Assembly: GCA_010015585.1 (NCBI GenBank)
Contig: ML975151.1
Reading direction: 5' to 3' (one strand)
From: Eremomyces bilateralis CBS 781.70
Taxonomy: Eukaryota
Length of the DNA stretch: 64,000 bases
Shown here piece after piece: positions 24,842 to 37,859 of the stretch. The notes below the pieces were generated by a model. It searched no databases, was not told the origin of the DNA, and saw only the letters and a program-made list of their open reading frames with translations. A program made the translations under genes and the position numbers. Each line of letters opens with the position of its first letter. Position 1 is the stretch's first letter.

Positions 24842-26238
24842 TTAGGTATCTTTCGGTTCGATTAGATCAGGGATCTGCTGCGGCTTTATCTTACCCTCAA
24901 GGATATCTGTATCCGAAATCAGCATTGAGAATCAAACGGACCATGATGAGAACTAGAAATACTTACTGTAGACTGCCGTGAAGAGTGGGAAATCGGCTTC
25001 CATTCCTTGCGATTTCAGGAACGCGTTGACTTCTCTCGCGGTACTGATCCCCTGGAGTTTCTGACCGTTCAACTCCTTCTCCTCAATCTCTTCCACAGTC
25101 ATTCCCCGTTCGAGCGCCATCTTCGCGCATCGGAAGTTTCGCCCGCCCATGCAGCTAGTCACCACATCGGCAACCCCGCATGATTCTTCGGTGAAAGTCG
25201 TTGCCCGAGTGTGGTGGGTTGTAGAAAAGAAGGCTTGGCCAAACCTCACCATTTCAAGGATGCCGACGCGCATGACGGCAGCTTTCGCATTGTCGCCCCA
25301 ACCTAGTCCATCCACAAAGCCAGCTGCGAGAGCGATGATGTTCTTTAGCGCACCCCCGAGACTGACGCCAGCGGTGTCCGATACCAGACGGACGTGGAAG
25401 TACGGTCGGTGGAACAGTTTCTTCATCGTTTCGTGCGTGAGAGGGGGATAGTCGGCAGGGAGGGCTTGCAGTTTCGTTTTGGACGGCTGAGCTTGCTTCG
25501 AGGTCGCTGAATGCAAATCACCGAGATCGGTCGTCACCAGATTCACTTGCGAAGTTGATGGCGAGCCTGAAGGCGAGGGCTGTCGCGAGTCCATGGCTGG
25601 AGGATCGTAAGCAACCGTCGTCTCAGAGTACTTCTCCATTGCGATTTCCGTAGCGATGTTGGCTCCAGATAATGCTCCGCAATATATGCCCAATTCCTCT
25701 CCAATTTGATCGCTGAGAAGGCGAATTCCACTTTCGGATACTTCGACGCCCTTGATACATGAGATCCCCCGTGCAAACGGCAGTATTTTGCCCCCCAATA
25801 ACCGGCAGATTTTAGGGATGAATTGATGAGGCAGGTTAAAGATCAGGATGGAGGAATCCTTCACTGCGTCCTCGATCGAAGGGTTGGCGACAACATTCTC
25901 GGGGAGAGCGATGTTCGGCAGGTATTTTATATTCTCATGTAACTGGTTCACCAATTGTGAGAGTGGCTGCGGCTTGCTGCAAAGTTCCGAGCTGGCGTCG
26001 TAGTGCTTCGAGGATTTTGGAATCGATACTTCTTCTTCATAGACCCACATCTGGACAATGGGCTCAAAAAGGTTGGGATTCTCTCTTGTGTTTTCCGCGA
26101 CCACCTTGGCAATGGTCGAACCCCTTGAATACAGTGAGTACCGGATCATCCTGCTTCTCTAGAGCCCTGGACGTACCAGTTTCCCGAGCCAACCACCGTG
26201 ACCTTGTGTTTCTTTGCGTTTCCCCCGAGCGTGGCCAT
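24842..26238 (-). CDS. GPD1: NAD-dependent glycerol-3-phosphate dehydrogenase
   Basis: [70 protein letters not shown]. Last exon [20 protein letters not shown]. Confidence 0.95.
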
Positions 26239-26780
26239 GTTTGCGACCGTTATTCTTCGAATTCCTTGGATCAATGGTCGGTATAAGGTCATTCGCTTGA
26301 CATTCGCGGCGAGGGATGGCGAAGAAGTTCGACTGAGGGATTTGGATACTTTTGGAGGTTGGTGGCTTGTCGTTTGTCAAAGGAGATTCGGAAGGGTTTA
26401 GGTCAGAGGTTGAGGACAGTAGAACGGAACTAGGTAGTATTAATGATTCATAGCCTCCTTGTTCTATTCAAGAATTCCTGCTTCCAGGTGGTGAGTGAGA
26501 GAGAGGGGAGAGGGGAGTAAAGAATGTGAGGTCATCTGGGTTGGAGGAATTTGGAGAGTGGAGATCCTTATTCCTTGCTTCGTGCCTCGTGGAGCTTCAT
26601 CGGTCCACGTGCCACATTTCCACTTAGTTACCGATTCAGTATTGACGTGTATCCAATAAGGAATACTCTATCACTATATCACTTCGGTTAAGTACAGGTA
26701 GTGATTGTGTGCTTGTGTGCTTGAGTTCATCTATTGTACCCGCATCTATCCAGTACATGACCGGACCTTCATTGTCCCAT

Positions 26781-28049
26781 CTACCCAAAATTAAGCTTTC
26801 TCGCAACCTGCTCTCCTCTCCCATCTCCATCTCCAATCTCCCCTCCTCTCCGTTTCAAATCTTCTCCAACCTTTTCCAGCCCCCCGCCTTTCTTCGGCAA
26901 CGCCTCCTTTTTGCTAGGTCGGGGGTTGGTAAGCCACCACTCGTGCTGCAACACCTGTTTCGACGTTGCCCTCTTGTTCGGATCCAGCGCAAGCATGGAG
27001 AGTAGGAGGTCAATTCCCTGGCCGCCTATGGTTCCGAACAGGCCCTGAAGCTGTTGCTTTGGAGGGGGCGGATTGACTGCTTCCGAGGATATGGCAGCGT
27101 ATGCCTTATACCCATCAAGCATTTCAACGCCCGGCCAAATCTGCTCTGTCGGCGTACCGAGAGCCTTGCAAATCAACGTGACTTGGTCCATGTCCGAGCC
27201 TCCAGGAAGATAAGGGGTTCTCAGAATGAGTTCAGCGAAAACACAGCCCATTGACCAAACATCGACGACCCCACTGTAATGCCGAGCCTTGAAGAATAGT
27301 TCCGGAGGTCGATACCAGCGTGTGATGACGTTGTATGTCATGTTGAGATAGGGATCCGAGAACGAACGGGATAGACCAAAATCGGCCAATTTCACTTCTC
27401 CGTCCGCCGCTATAAGCAAGTTGTTCGGTTTGATATCGCGATGGAGCACGAAACTCTCATGACAAAACCAGACGGCTCGAGCCAACATGTTCATCCATGC
27501 TTTGATGTCTGCAAGACCGTAGTGTACGGATTTGGTGTCGCGTATGACACCTTCAAGATCGCCCAACGGAAGATATTCGAGAACAAGGTTCAAATTTTGG
27601 TTTTTGGAGGAAAAGACGGAATGTAAGGCGATGATGTTCGGATGTGAAAGTTCCTGTAGGTACTTGACCTCACGGATGGCGTCGAATGACAAGCCATCTC
27701 GGAATTCGGCGTTGACCTTGATCTTTTTGATGGCCACGAGTTTGGAAGGGTTGTCGCGGTGATGGCCGTGATAGACGATGGCATATGTTCCTTCACCGAG
27801 TTTCTTTCCTGATCCCAGGTCAGAAGCGGGCAGGCAATGGATATGGATGGACCAACCTTTGACATACCTCCGCCTTTCCTCCTCATTGAGCTGCTCGGAT
27901 ATGTCCGTGTTGATATTGGAGCTTTGCGTGTTCGCGACTAGCGAGTTCGAACCGGCTGGATTGCTCGTAAGCATGGTTAGAGGTCGAGGTTTAAGGCTAC
28001 CATTTGCTCCAGCGGATGGCATGGTACCAGGAAGAGGTGATACAGCCAT
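26781..28049 (-). CDS. KIN28: CDK7/Kin28 TFIIH CTD kinase
   Basis: LGEGTYA, VAIKKIK, DGLSFDAIRE, HRDIKPNNLL, DFGLSRSF, MTYNVITRWYRPPEL, ARKLNF end. 48-nt intron 27809..27856. Confidence 0.93.
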   Translation of the reverse strand: MAVSPLPGTMPSAGANGSLKPRPLTMLTSNPAGSNSLVANTQSSNINTDISEQLNEEERRRYVKGWSIHIHCLPASDLGSGKKLGEGTYAIVYHGHHRDNPSKLVAIKKIKVNAEFRDGLSFDAIREVKYLQELSHPNIIALHSVFSSKNQNLNLVLEYLPLGDLEGVIRDTKSVHYGLADIKAWMNMLARAVWFCHESFVLHRDIKPNNLLIAADGEVKLADFGLSRSFSDPYLNMTYNVITRWYRPPELFFKARHYSGVVDVWSMGCVFAELILRTPYLPGGSDMDQVTLICKALGTPTEQIWPGVEMLDGYKAYAAISSEAVNPPPPKQQLQGLFGTIGGQGIDLLLSMLALDPNKRATSKQVLQHEWWLTNPRPSKKEALPKKGGGLEKVGEDLKRRGGEIGDGDGRGEQVARKLNFG

Positions 28050-28531
28050 GGTAGATCTCCTGGAAGATATCTAGCCAGATAAAATTCTGTAAGATCTTCC
28101 GTGAGGTCAGTTTGGTGGAAGGGGTTGAAGCCTTGGAGAGACAGCAGTTGGATCTATCAATCATCTATCATCCTATCCTCCAGCAAGGAGCAGCAGCTCA
28201 TTTACCACGGGTTCCATCACTCTAGCTTAGACGCCCAAATGGCGGATTTAAGCCTTCGCGTGGAAATGATCTTCCATTGTAGTTGTCCATTGTGTTCTTG
28301 GTAGTGGCGGATGCGAGGGAGAGATGTCAGATGCTATGTGAGGGAAAGCACGTGCCTTTCCTCTAACAACGCCAAAATTTCTGGAGAGTTCACGACTTCA
28401 CCTCTTCACCAGTTCATCCTAATTGATCCGGATGACTTGATTACGGGCACCTACTTCATTTACATACCACCCTCCACAGTTGATAGCTTGACAGTTGGAT
28501 CCGAACACCGTCCATCTCCCCATTCTTCCTC

Positions 28532-29257
28532 ATGTCGTGGATGTTTGGGTCCAAGTTCCGTCCGCTTAAGCAGGCTTGCGCCATCTGCATCCGCCATTCT
28601 TCGACATCGAATCGCCTTCTATCCCGACCTATTCCACCCCCTACGCCATTCGTACCCGATGTCGCAACCTTCCTAAAAGTCATCGGTCGGAACCTGTCCG
28701 CTCACTCATCACGAATCCCGTCATGGGATGCCCTTTTTACCTACTCCTCTTCCCAGCTTCGCGCTTCTGGGATTGAGCCCGCAAGGAAGCGGAAATATCT
28801 GCTTTGGTGGAGAGAGCGCTTTCGACAAGGCCGGTACGGTGTCGGAGGCGATTCCAAATGGGTTGGCGAGGATGGCGAAGCACATTTGCGGGTGTTCGAA
28901 GTCCCCATGCCCCCCGAATGGCAATCCAAAGACTCAGCGCTCGCCACGGCCACCCGCACGGCTGGTATGAGGAAGATCGCAGTGAATGTACCTTTTGGGA
29001 CGGCGGACCAGGATACGTGCCCGGTTCCACTGGAGGAAGCTCCGCCAGTCGCCTTGACGAAAGTTCGAGGAGCTCATACCATCTCTGGCCCGTTCGTGGA
29101 GCCCTTAAAAGGAACACAAGGCATGGGTGCCCGATTAAAGGTGCAAGAAGGCCTATGGGAAGTCAAACAAGGCAGGAAGGTGGATGGTGGAGAGCGGAGG
29201 AAGGCCGAAGTACGAGCCAAACGGAGGGCTGCAGAACGAAAGGCGGCTGGACGTTGA
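28532..29257 (+). CDS. FYV4: Mitochondrial small-subunit ribosomal protein mS41 (IGR domain)
   Basis: Basic presequence, PPPTPFVPDVATFLKVIGR, W..LF..S.QLR..GIEP.R.RKYLL, GRKVDGGERR. Confidence 0.88.
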   Translation: MSWMFGSKFRPLKQACAICIRHSSTSNRLLSRPIPPPTPFVPDVATFLKVIGRNLSAHSSRIPSWDALFTYSSSQLRASGIEPARKRKYLLWWRERFRQGRYGVGGDSKWVGEDGEAHLRVFEVPMPPEWQSKDSALATATRTAGMRKIAVNVPFGTADQDTCPVPLEEAPPVALTKVRGAHTISGPFVEPLKGTQGMGARLKVQEGLWEVKQGRKVDGGERRKAEVRAKRRAAERKAAGR

Positions 29258-29508
29258 ATTAAGCGACAACGTATCGAGTACAGTTGAAGGATAGGTTGCC
29301 TTGCAATGAAGCGAGAGCATTTCAAAGGCGCATGGTTAGTTTGTATAACAGGCATATTCGGGATTAGTCACGTCTACTTGTCATTGTCGGGACTGCAAGT
29401 AGGTTAATAGATTCCGGTTGAACTCCTATATAGCGACAGCGCTATACAATTGAGATTAAGGTTGATTGCTGCCCTATAGACATTGATAGATGAGGCGCGT
29501 TCCCAGAT

Positions 29509-31314
29509 CTATGTCCAGAGTTTCTGAACCCAAGAGATATATTTGGGGCCTCTCGCTGGCTTCGGTGGCTTCTCCTCGGCCAAAACCTGGTCCATGCCGG
29601 TGGTGAGGTCCGTTTCAGCTGGATTATAAGCCCAAGTGTCGTTCCAGGCCCAAATAAATCGGTGCCCGAAATAGATGGCCAGGAAGATCGGGATACCAAT
29701 ATATGCAGTTAGGAACGAGCTTGCGCTCCAATTCTGGGGCCAGAACACGTGGAACCCATTGATCAAGGTCAGGAACCCGAATGACCCCAAGGCAATCCAC
29801 GAACCCACTGGCTGAAGCTTCGAGTGAAAAGGCAATGCCGAGTCGGGGACGCCTTGCACCGCACAGGCCTTTCGGAAGCGTAGTAAGACAATGCAGCAGC
29901 ACATCCACGATATGAAAGCTGACGTGTTCGTAAGGTTGACGAACCAGTTGAAGACCACGGCCGAATTGTCACCGACGTTGAGGTATGACAGTGCGCAGAA
30001 ACAGCTGGAGGCTATGAGAGCCATGTAGGGAACGCCTTTCTTCGTGCAGGTTTTAAATATCTTTGGCGCATTGCCAGATAATGCCAGCGAATAGAGCGAT
30101 CGACTCGACAGATATAGGAAGCCATTTCCAGACGACCAAGCGGATATCAAAATGCCGGCATTGATCACGCTATCAAGAGACTTGATGCCAGCATTTCGAA
30201 TTCCCACGACGAAGGGACTGGCACCAGCTCCAGCGCCGTCCGAAGTGATCGCCGGATCATTGCTCGGGCAGATCACACTCATGGCCAGTACCGATAAAAT
30301 GTAAAAGAAGACCAAGCGGAAGATGTAACGCCTTGCAGCAATGGGTAGATTTCTCCGCGGCGATTTCATCTCACCCGCGGTCACGACCATCATCTCTGGC
30401 GCAAAGGCGAAAGGGAAAGCGCTCAGCACAAGCGTCGAAAGCAGTGCCAGGAACCGTCCAGTGTCCCCGGTTTCAAGATATTCTTTGGCAGCTCCAGGCT
30501 TTTGCCAATACCGGAACCCGAGCCGGTCGTGGCTAGGTCCACCACCAAAGAAGAGGACGACGGACATAATGAGCAAGCCAAATATCATGATGACCTTGAT
30601 CCCCGCGAACCAGAACTCTGTTTCCCCATAGTACTGAACAGGAAGGGCATTCAAACCTATAATGATAACGATAAAGATGGTGATCCATACTGCGATGTGG
30701 ACGGGGGAGTTCCAGTACTGGATGACTAGGGCTGCGGCGGTGATCTCATAAGGAACAAGGATGCCAAGCGAGTAGAAATATAGCCAGCCCATAGCGAAGC
30801 CCAAGGACCGGGAGACATATCGGTATCCAAAGAGGTTCATCGAGCTTCCAGGGGTGGGTAGGAACGCCGCGACCTCAGCAATTGCCGTGACAATGCAGTA
30901 AATGAGGAATGAGACGACGATGAAGCAACCAAAGATAAATGCAGGACCACCTCGTGCCAGGGTTTGACCGGTCCCAACGAACATACCTGTCAATGTCAGT
31001 CCTGTTCGCCTGCACGACGCCTGGATTAGAACTCACCCGTTCCAATTGTCCCTCCCAGTGCGATCATCTGCGCATGACGCGACTTCAGTCCTGAGAGCGT
31101 TAACCATGGACATCACCAAATTACTCCATGATGGAGAAATACCTCGCTTCGTCTGTTCAAAGCGTGGATCGAATATCTCGCCGGCCAAAGCCTCGGGATC
31201 CGCTACAGAACCCTTTCGTTGTCGTAGGGTTGCATCTGTGCCTTCCCCTTCATAAGGAGGCAACCCCTTCTTGTCACTCCCTCCATTCCCACTATCAATT
31301 TCGATTTTTTCCAT
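29509..31314 (-). CDS. APC/YAT amino-acid permease, proline-specific Put4/PrnB-like
   Basis: After two introns, GLKSRHAQMIALGGTIGTGMFVG; YGETEFWF; GFRYW; GEMKSPRRNLP; ASPFV; about 12 hydrophobic segments. Substrate assignment is inference. Confidence 0.9.
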
Positions 31315-32149
31315 GGTAATCGGGTTTTGGCTGGAAAGGAGGTTTGGAAAATCTCCTTGTTGCAGGCTGCCGGAGACAGCGGGCAGCCGGGATCTTAAAC
31401 GAAATGCGACCCACGAGGGGGGCGTTTATGATTCTATGGATGTGGTATGTAGGACGGCGATCAGGCATGGGCTCTCCACAGTCGCCAGATACCTCCCGAG
31501 GTGGCGGATGGGCACGAGAAATTCAACATGGTGCACCTGGTTAGCCACCTCGATTAGGAATAGGTCGCGCGGCACTTTTTGGTCCTCTATCGTAAATTGC
31601 CGTTCGTATTTCTCGGCAATTGGCTCATGAGGATTTCATCAGCAAGCGTCGAGATAAGTGCGAAGGAAGATCAGACGGCGGCGTTGGCAGCTTCAGAAAA
31701 ACGGGTTCGCCGTTGCACCGCGTCCCGCTAAGGGACAGATGGAGTGACGGAGGTTTAGTGGGAAGTGGGGGAACCAGGGACAGACAAGCTTTGACATTTT
31801 AAGAGTTGAGACTAAACAAGGCTTCGTTGAATAGCAACATGCGAAATGACCGAAGTGGCGTCATTAGATATTGCTTGGCTAAGCGCTTGTCTGTCTTTCG
31901 TTCGGTATACGACATCTCAATAGGTAGGTGGTTATATTGTTCCGTTGATGCTGCAGCATATCATCCACACTCTGATGCCGGGCGAAGTCACCGTCACGGG
32001 AGAAAAAGCGGCATTTCCGAGGGCCCTTGCTTCCACCTCCCTGGGCCCTTGGCCCCTTGGAGATCAGAGGATCATCAGATGACCATCCGCAAGTAGCAAA
32101 TACGGTAGCAATCCTGCGAGTGCTGCCGAATGGTGATGGACCAGCACCC

Positions 32150-35100
32150 TCAATCACCGAGCAATTGTTTATACCTCCACCACAAATTCTCCGGAATCCC
32201 TTCACGAAGGACATTCTCTAGTCGTCCTTTGTCGTATTCTAAGTTCTCGGCCTTAGTGCTCTCCAAGATGTACGTGCACACGGTCGCGACCTTCAGCGGC
32301 GGCTGTCGCAAAACCGAAGCTACCTTCGCAGGCTCCATCCCCGATACGTGCCATAATACATACGCTCGAAGCGCAGATCTGGACGATTTCAACGTCTGGC
32401 CGTTGGGTAGAGCATTGGAATAATTAGATATCCAATCGTCAGCCGATTTCAATTCAGCGCCAACGTGGACATCTTGCCGGACGCGACCGTTGGGCCCCGA
32501 TGGCTTTGCATTGTCGAATGGCTCGGGGGGGAAGGGTGCGACCTCTCTATCAGCACAGCCCCGAACCTTGGATTCGCAACGAGCATCACTATCCCCATCT
32601 TCCGATTCCTCGACCTCTTCGTCTGACTCGGGAAGTGGGATATTCGCGGGCTCGAGCCCCTCTGGCAATTGAATTGGGAGGTTCAACTCCGCCAAATGTG
32701 GCCTCGGTGGGCGAGGATCCATTTTCATGCGTCTCGCCTCCAATGCATAGAACAGTTGAAAGCCCGCATATGCATCGGACGCGGCGTAAGTCGCCTGTTC
32801 AGAGCTCAACGGCTCTTTCCAATTGCTTGTCCGTACATCTCCTTTGTGCAAAGGCAATCCCATGATATCCTCCACTTGATGGGAAAGACTGACTAACCGT
32901 TTGTTGACGAGTTGACGCGAATCCACTCCGAAAGTAACCAGACGGTAAATGTGACTGAGTTCAAACAATCCCTGCATCTCTACGTTCAAAGATTTGGCTA
33001 AACGCGTACTGTCTCCTCGAATGTTGACTCCGGTCTTGATGATCGCAGGATTTTCCAGGATGCCCTTGAGCACCGGTCCGATCAACTCTTCGGCCGTCTC
33101 TCCTCGATGCAATGCAATGTGAAAGAGGCCGATATGGTCCTCGCAAGCTAACTGGATTAGCGCCACATTGGCTTTGATACCACTGGAAGGCCCTGCCCAT
33201 AGTTGCCATTCGATGTCAAACCCCAGGACAGGTTTCGTGGCGAAGAGTGTCGCTTCCCTCTCCGTCGTCTCTCTTGAACGGCAATAATGCACCAGGACGG
33301 GCTGGCCTTGGGGTCCTTTGTAGAGCTTGTGCCGCCAATACGATTCAGACTGCCCAGCCGGGGCTTCTTTGGACTTTTGGAAATCTTCTTCGGGGATCAC
33401 AAAGGTTAGGGCAGGTAACGTGTTCTCTGTCGCGCTCGTATCAGCGTCGCCATCCGAAATCGGATTTTCCGCACTCAAATTGCCAACGCTCCCTGTACCG
33501 AAATTAAGAGCATCAGCACTACCTGTTTGGCTGCTGCCGAGAGGATGCGAGGGGGGAAATCGATGCGGTGCTATGATAGAGTTGGTATTTGGACCACCAT
33601 CACTTGCTTTATGAGCAAGCGAGTTGTCCTCCCTAGAACCGTTCTCGGCCGAGTCTGAAAAATGGCCATTGCATGAACCGTTCAATTCAGACGAACCAGA
33701 ATGGCTGTTCACATGTCGACCAGGGTAAAGTTTATGGAATGTGCGACGCGGTGTTGCGTCCGTGGAGGAAACCTTCGTGCTCGGCAGCTTTTGCGTAGGC
33801 CTCTTCGGTAAGGAATGAATATTCTCCGGGGTTCTGCCGTCTCCCGTGTTCGCTTCTCGATTGCGAGCATGATCGTGGACGCTTGATCCGCGGGTGGCCT
33901 CAGAAACCTTGGGCGGACCTGTGGACTGCTTCATACGTGATCGGGATCGGGATTGGGATACTTTATTTGAGTATGATGTACTCCTGCACTCTTCCGATGC
34001 TGGACTCGCTGTTTCATCTCTGACACCGGAGAATGCTTGCATGGGCGTCCACTTTTGAAGTTCACTATTTCCGAAATCGTCTCCTTCACCCGCATGCTCC
34101 ACAGTAGCTTCTCGGCCTAGCTCAGTCGATCTGTCCTTGGATGACTTTCTCTGGCTCCTGCGCGATTCTGCTTTATTGTTACGACCTTGCCGCGCCGCAA
34201 CAATATCCGGTGAGAGACTTGCGCCGTCGGAAGCACCAAGGTGGCCTTTACGTTTTGTCGATGGCGCTGATGCAGCCCTCGGCGGGGAAATATATGGATA
34301 CAACTTTCCGTCGCCTCGTCGATCAGGGGATATGCGCCGGAGGTGATTGTCGAGGTTCCTCTTGGTCTGCCGGAACATGTCTTCAAGTTCCAATCTTAGG
34401 TTAGCCGCTTCATCGTCTAGCAAACCTTCCTCTTCAAGTCGAACTGCTCCCATATACATCTTCTCTCGGGAGGCTTCATAACAGTCACGAAGATCTGCCG
34501 TGACCATTCCCAGATTGTCCAATGAATTCCCTAGCAGCTCGAGTGGTTCACGAAGTGGGTGGCCATCTGAAGAACGATGGATCGCACGCTGCAAACTCTT
34601 TTGAATGTCTCGTCCTGATATTAGAAATCTTCTGGAACGCGCCAACACGATTCTTAAGCGGACATCTCTGACGGTTAAGATCTGGTCGCTTAGCGTGCCA
34701 CTGAGGCGAGCCCGTGTAAGCAACGTCATGCACACAAACGTACTCCGTTGCATCAAGAAATATAGGTCCTTGGAGTCTTCGAAAATCGTCTTCACCAAGT
34801 TACGGACAGGGCTTGAGCCACACTGTTCGGCCAAATCCATTAGCTGTGTTGCTGATTCCACAACTTCCTCGGTTGCGTGGTGAAGTGCACTGCTCCTCAC
34901 ATGTCGCTGGTAGTACTGGGGACAGCTCGGGAGCTGATATCGACCCAGGTTGGTTAACATCCTGGATCTATGGGAGTCGAGAGTAAACTCAGAGCGCATA
35001 ATGCTAGATTTCTTCAACCAGCCCACAAGTACTCGTTTGGATTCCGAGGGTAGCTGGCAGCGGAGGAAATCTTGCATGGCCTGACAAAGAGCGGAATGGG

Positions 35101-36340
35101 AGGCGAACATGTTAGTGTAAAACTGCCGGTATGCTAGATAGGACGTCTGGGGGGTGTCGTCAAGTGCTGGGGGGAGAGCCGGGTCATCTTCCCAGGAAAT
35201 ATCGAGTGATTCCTCTCTCCGCAATAGTGGCCTCAATTCCAATTCGGTTGCCAGACTCCCGAGAAGCTCGCGTTGGATATCCTCCAATTCGCGTATTCGA
35301 AGCGCCTGATCGGTATGGATTCTCGATGTAAGTTGATCACTATAATCCCTGCCATCGGACATCTTTTGTAGGAAACCATCGATCTTTTCCCTTATGATCC
35401 TTGCTTGTCTCTCATCTTCTGCCCTCTCGGCTGCCTCTCGCATTGCAGCTTCTCGTGCTTCGGATCGTACCTCGACAGGAGATTGGGAGATGCCTTCTTC
35501 TACGCGTTCTTGAGCAAAGTGACGGTTGTGAAACTGTAGCTGACGCAATTGCAAAGTTGTTACTGCATCCTTCTTCTTCTGCTTGAATGACGCTAGAATG
35601 TTCTCAATCTCCTTCGAAATAGCTGTTATGACCTCCACCATGGCATCCAATTCAGAGTCGAGATTCATTAAAGGCTGGAGACCTTGTTGAAGGCGGGCGT
35701 TGTATTGTTCCCGAAGATATTCTTTCATTCTCTCCTCCTCTTCTTGCTCTCTCCTCTCAATTGCCTCGGCCTCTGCCTTGCGAGCTTCTTCTTCTTGTTG
35801 TTTTCTCCTCTGTATTGCATCTGCTTGGGCTTTGCGCAATTCTTCCTCTTGCTTCTCCAACAATGCTTGTTTTCGTTCTTCCTCCGCTTTCCTTGCATTC
35901 TCCGCTGCCACCACGCTTTTTAGCCGTTCATCGGATGAAATAGCCCCTTTTGGTGGTAATGGTTTGACTGGACGATACGCCCGTGGAGGGGGAGTACGGG
36001 CTGAGGCGAACCGGATACCATCTGTCGGGTTCCAAGTGCTAGTGTCGCGTTTTGTTTGGATATTATCCGCGAATACAATCCCTCGAGCAGAATTCCACGT
36101 CTGGTTTCGAGTAGGATGGGACTTCGCACAACTGCGTATTAGAAGTTAGTACATGTTGAGAACCATATATTAACCATTGAGACAGGATAGCAACCATTGC
36201 GCGTTTTCAGCCATCCCAGGCTTGATGTAGGAATAGCTCCTTGCCACCGCAAGGCTCCGAATCGATAACTGAAGGGTACAAGGAATCGACACTTGTAGAG
36301 GACAGATGGAGATCGCACCAGAGGTCCGGTAGATAGTCAT
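32150..36340 (-). CDS. Large WRN/EXD2-type DEDDy 3'-5' exonuclease domain protein; 5' end uncertain
   Basis: ExoI GFDIEW, ExoII NIRGD, ExoIII YAASDAY; C-terminal LRAYVLWH..LRQPPLKVATVCTYIL. The frame stays open upstream of 35914 to an acceptor near 36132 (CTAAC..CGCAG). Candidate first exon from ATG 36340. Confidence 0.8.
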
Positions 36341-36739
36341 CACTTGCCTCCATTGCCAAAGGTGCCAGGTACTATGTAGGGAGACGCGTAGGGAGAATGG
36401 CTAGTAGTATATTAGAAGATGCGTAAACCGATGACGCAAATGTAATGCGAGTAATCCGCATGATACCGAATCCACACCCCTCTGATAGAAATACTAGATG
36501 TTATGGTGATAGACATCGGCGACGTGAGGTAGAGTAGGGAGATTTAGTACCTCGGGGCGGCTGTGGCTTCTGTGGCTGGTGTCGTAATTAAGGGGGGTTT
36601 GTTCACAAATTTCCATTCATCCTGTCCCTCTATCAATTGAAACTATCAATTGAAACCTTTCTACAGAAACAATTTTAAGCAAATCCAGAACCGCAATTGG
36701 TCCCAAACCCTCATCCATAGCCATCCAGCTGCTCACGCC

Positions 36740-37215
36740 ATGAAGCTCCTCACCCTGAATTTCGTGTCCTGTGCACGGAAAGCCTGCAAATCCAGCACTT
36801 CCTCTTTTCCACTCCATCCCCGTGATGCAGAGCTGGAACTGGTCGAAATGGAATTCAATCCTCAATTCCTCCAGAATATGCTCCCAAAGTTAGAATGGGA
36901 AGCATTGCAAATTATATGCAATGAGGTGCGCAACCGCTTCTCCATCTGCCTTGAATCACTGTTCACATCTGACCCCGATATCTGCAGCTTGCGCTACCTA
37001 CCCTCCCATCCTCGACCCCAGCTGCGTCCGATCTCTTCGAGTCTGGAGGCGAAGGTAGTTCACCGGCTCAACCGACTCAGGTTGCGAGGGACCTTCACAA
37101 ACTCCTCCTCGAAACTACCATCAGAGAAGGTCTTTTGGTCTGTTCCAACTGTGGTCACGAATATGCCATCAAGGAAGGCATAGCAAATTTCTTGCTGCCT
37201 CCGCATTTAGTTTGA
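36740..37215 (+). CDS. TRM112: Methyltransferase activator subunit Trm112
   Basis: MKLLTLNFVSC..SFPLH..N..FL..MLPKLEW; after the intron LHKLLLET..EG.L.CSNCGHEYAIKEGIANFLLPPHLV*. Confidence 0.93.
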
Positions 37216-37859
37216 ATCTTCACATCCTATTCCAAGCGCGGAATGATTTTTCAGCCCATATATCTCATGTGAGATGTCTCCTGCGATCGCGGCATTACAT
37301 CTTCGACTGGAGCCTGCTATTCTCCCCTAGATAAACGCAGGACCCGCCCTGAGAGTGTCTCTTCAAGCCGCTTCAACAAGTAGGGTCAATCACGGTTTCA
37401 CGGTTCAGTGGGGATATGCCGTTAACCCCGCACAGTTTATTGCATCAAGCTTGCCAACTTGACTCCATTCCTGTCCGCTTAGGCTTGGAATGATGATTGA
37501 ATGGCAGTGAAGTGGAGTTCTGGTATGCAACCACGATGTTGACGGAGAGACCAGTCACAAAGGAGCAACATCCGTGCCATATCTAATGTTTTAGGGGGAG
37601 TCTGGGCTATGGATCTGCTTGATATTTGAATTCTGGCTGAATGGAACGGTCACAGACGTAAATGTTACGCAAGACATGGTATCACAGCTGTCTCAATAAC
37701 ATGGCGCAATTACTTATTGAATATTGTTACGATGTACAATGTATGCGTATAGTCGCTAGACTTCGCGTGATTTAGATCTATGATAGACCTCCATCACCGG
37801 GAGGCAATTCTCCGGTGCTGACACATCTAAATATTCTATCTCGAGCGCCATGAAATGCT

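Noticed and set aside
31365..31395. CGG/CCG triplets upstream of the permease as Put3/PrnA sites
   Set aside because: The spacing does not fit CGG-N10-CCG; too weak to call.
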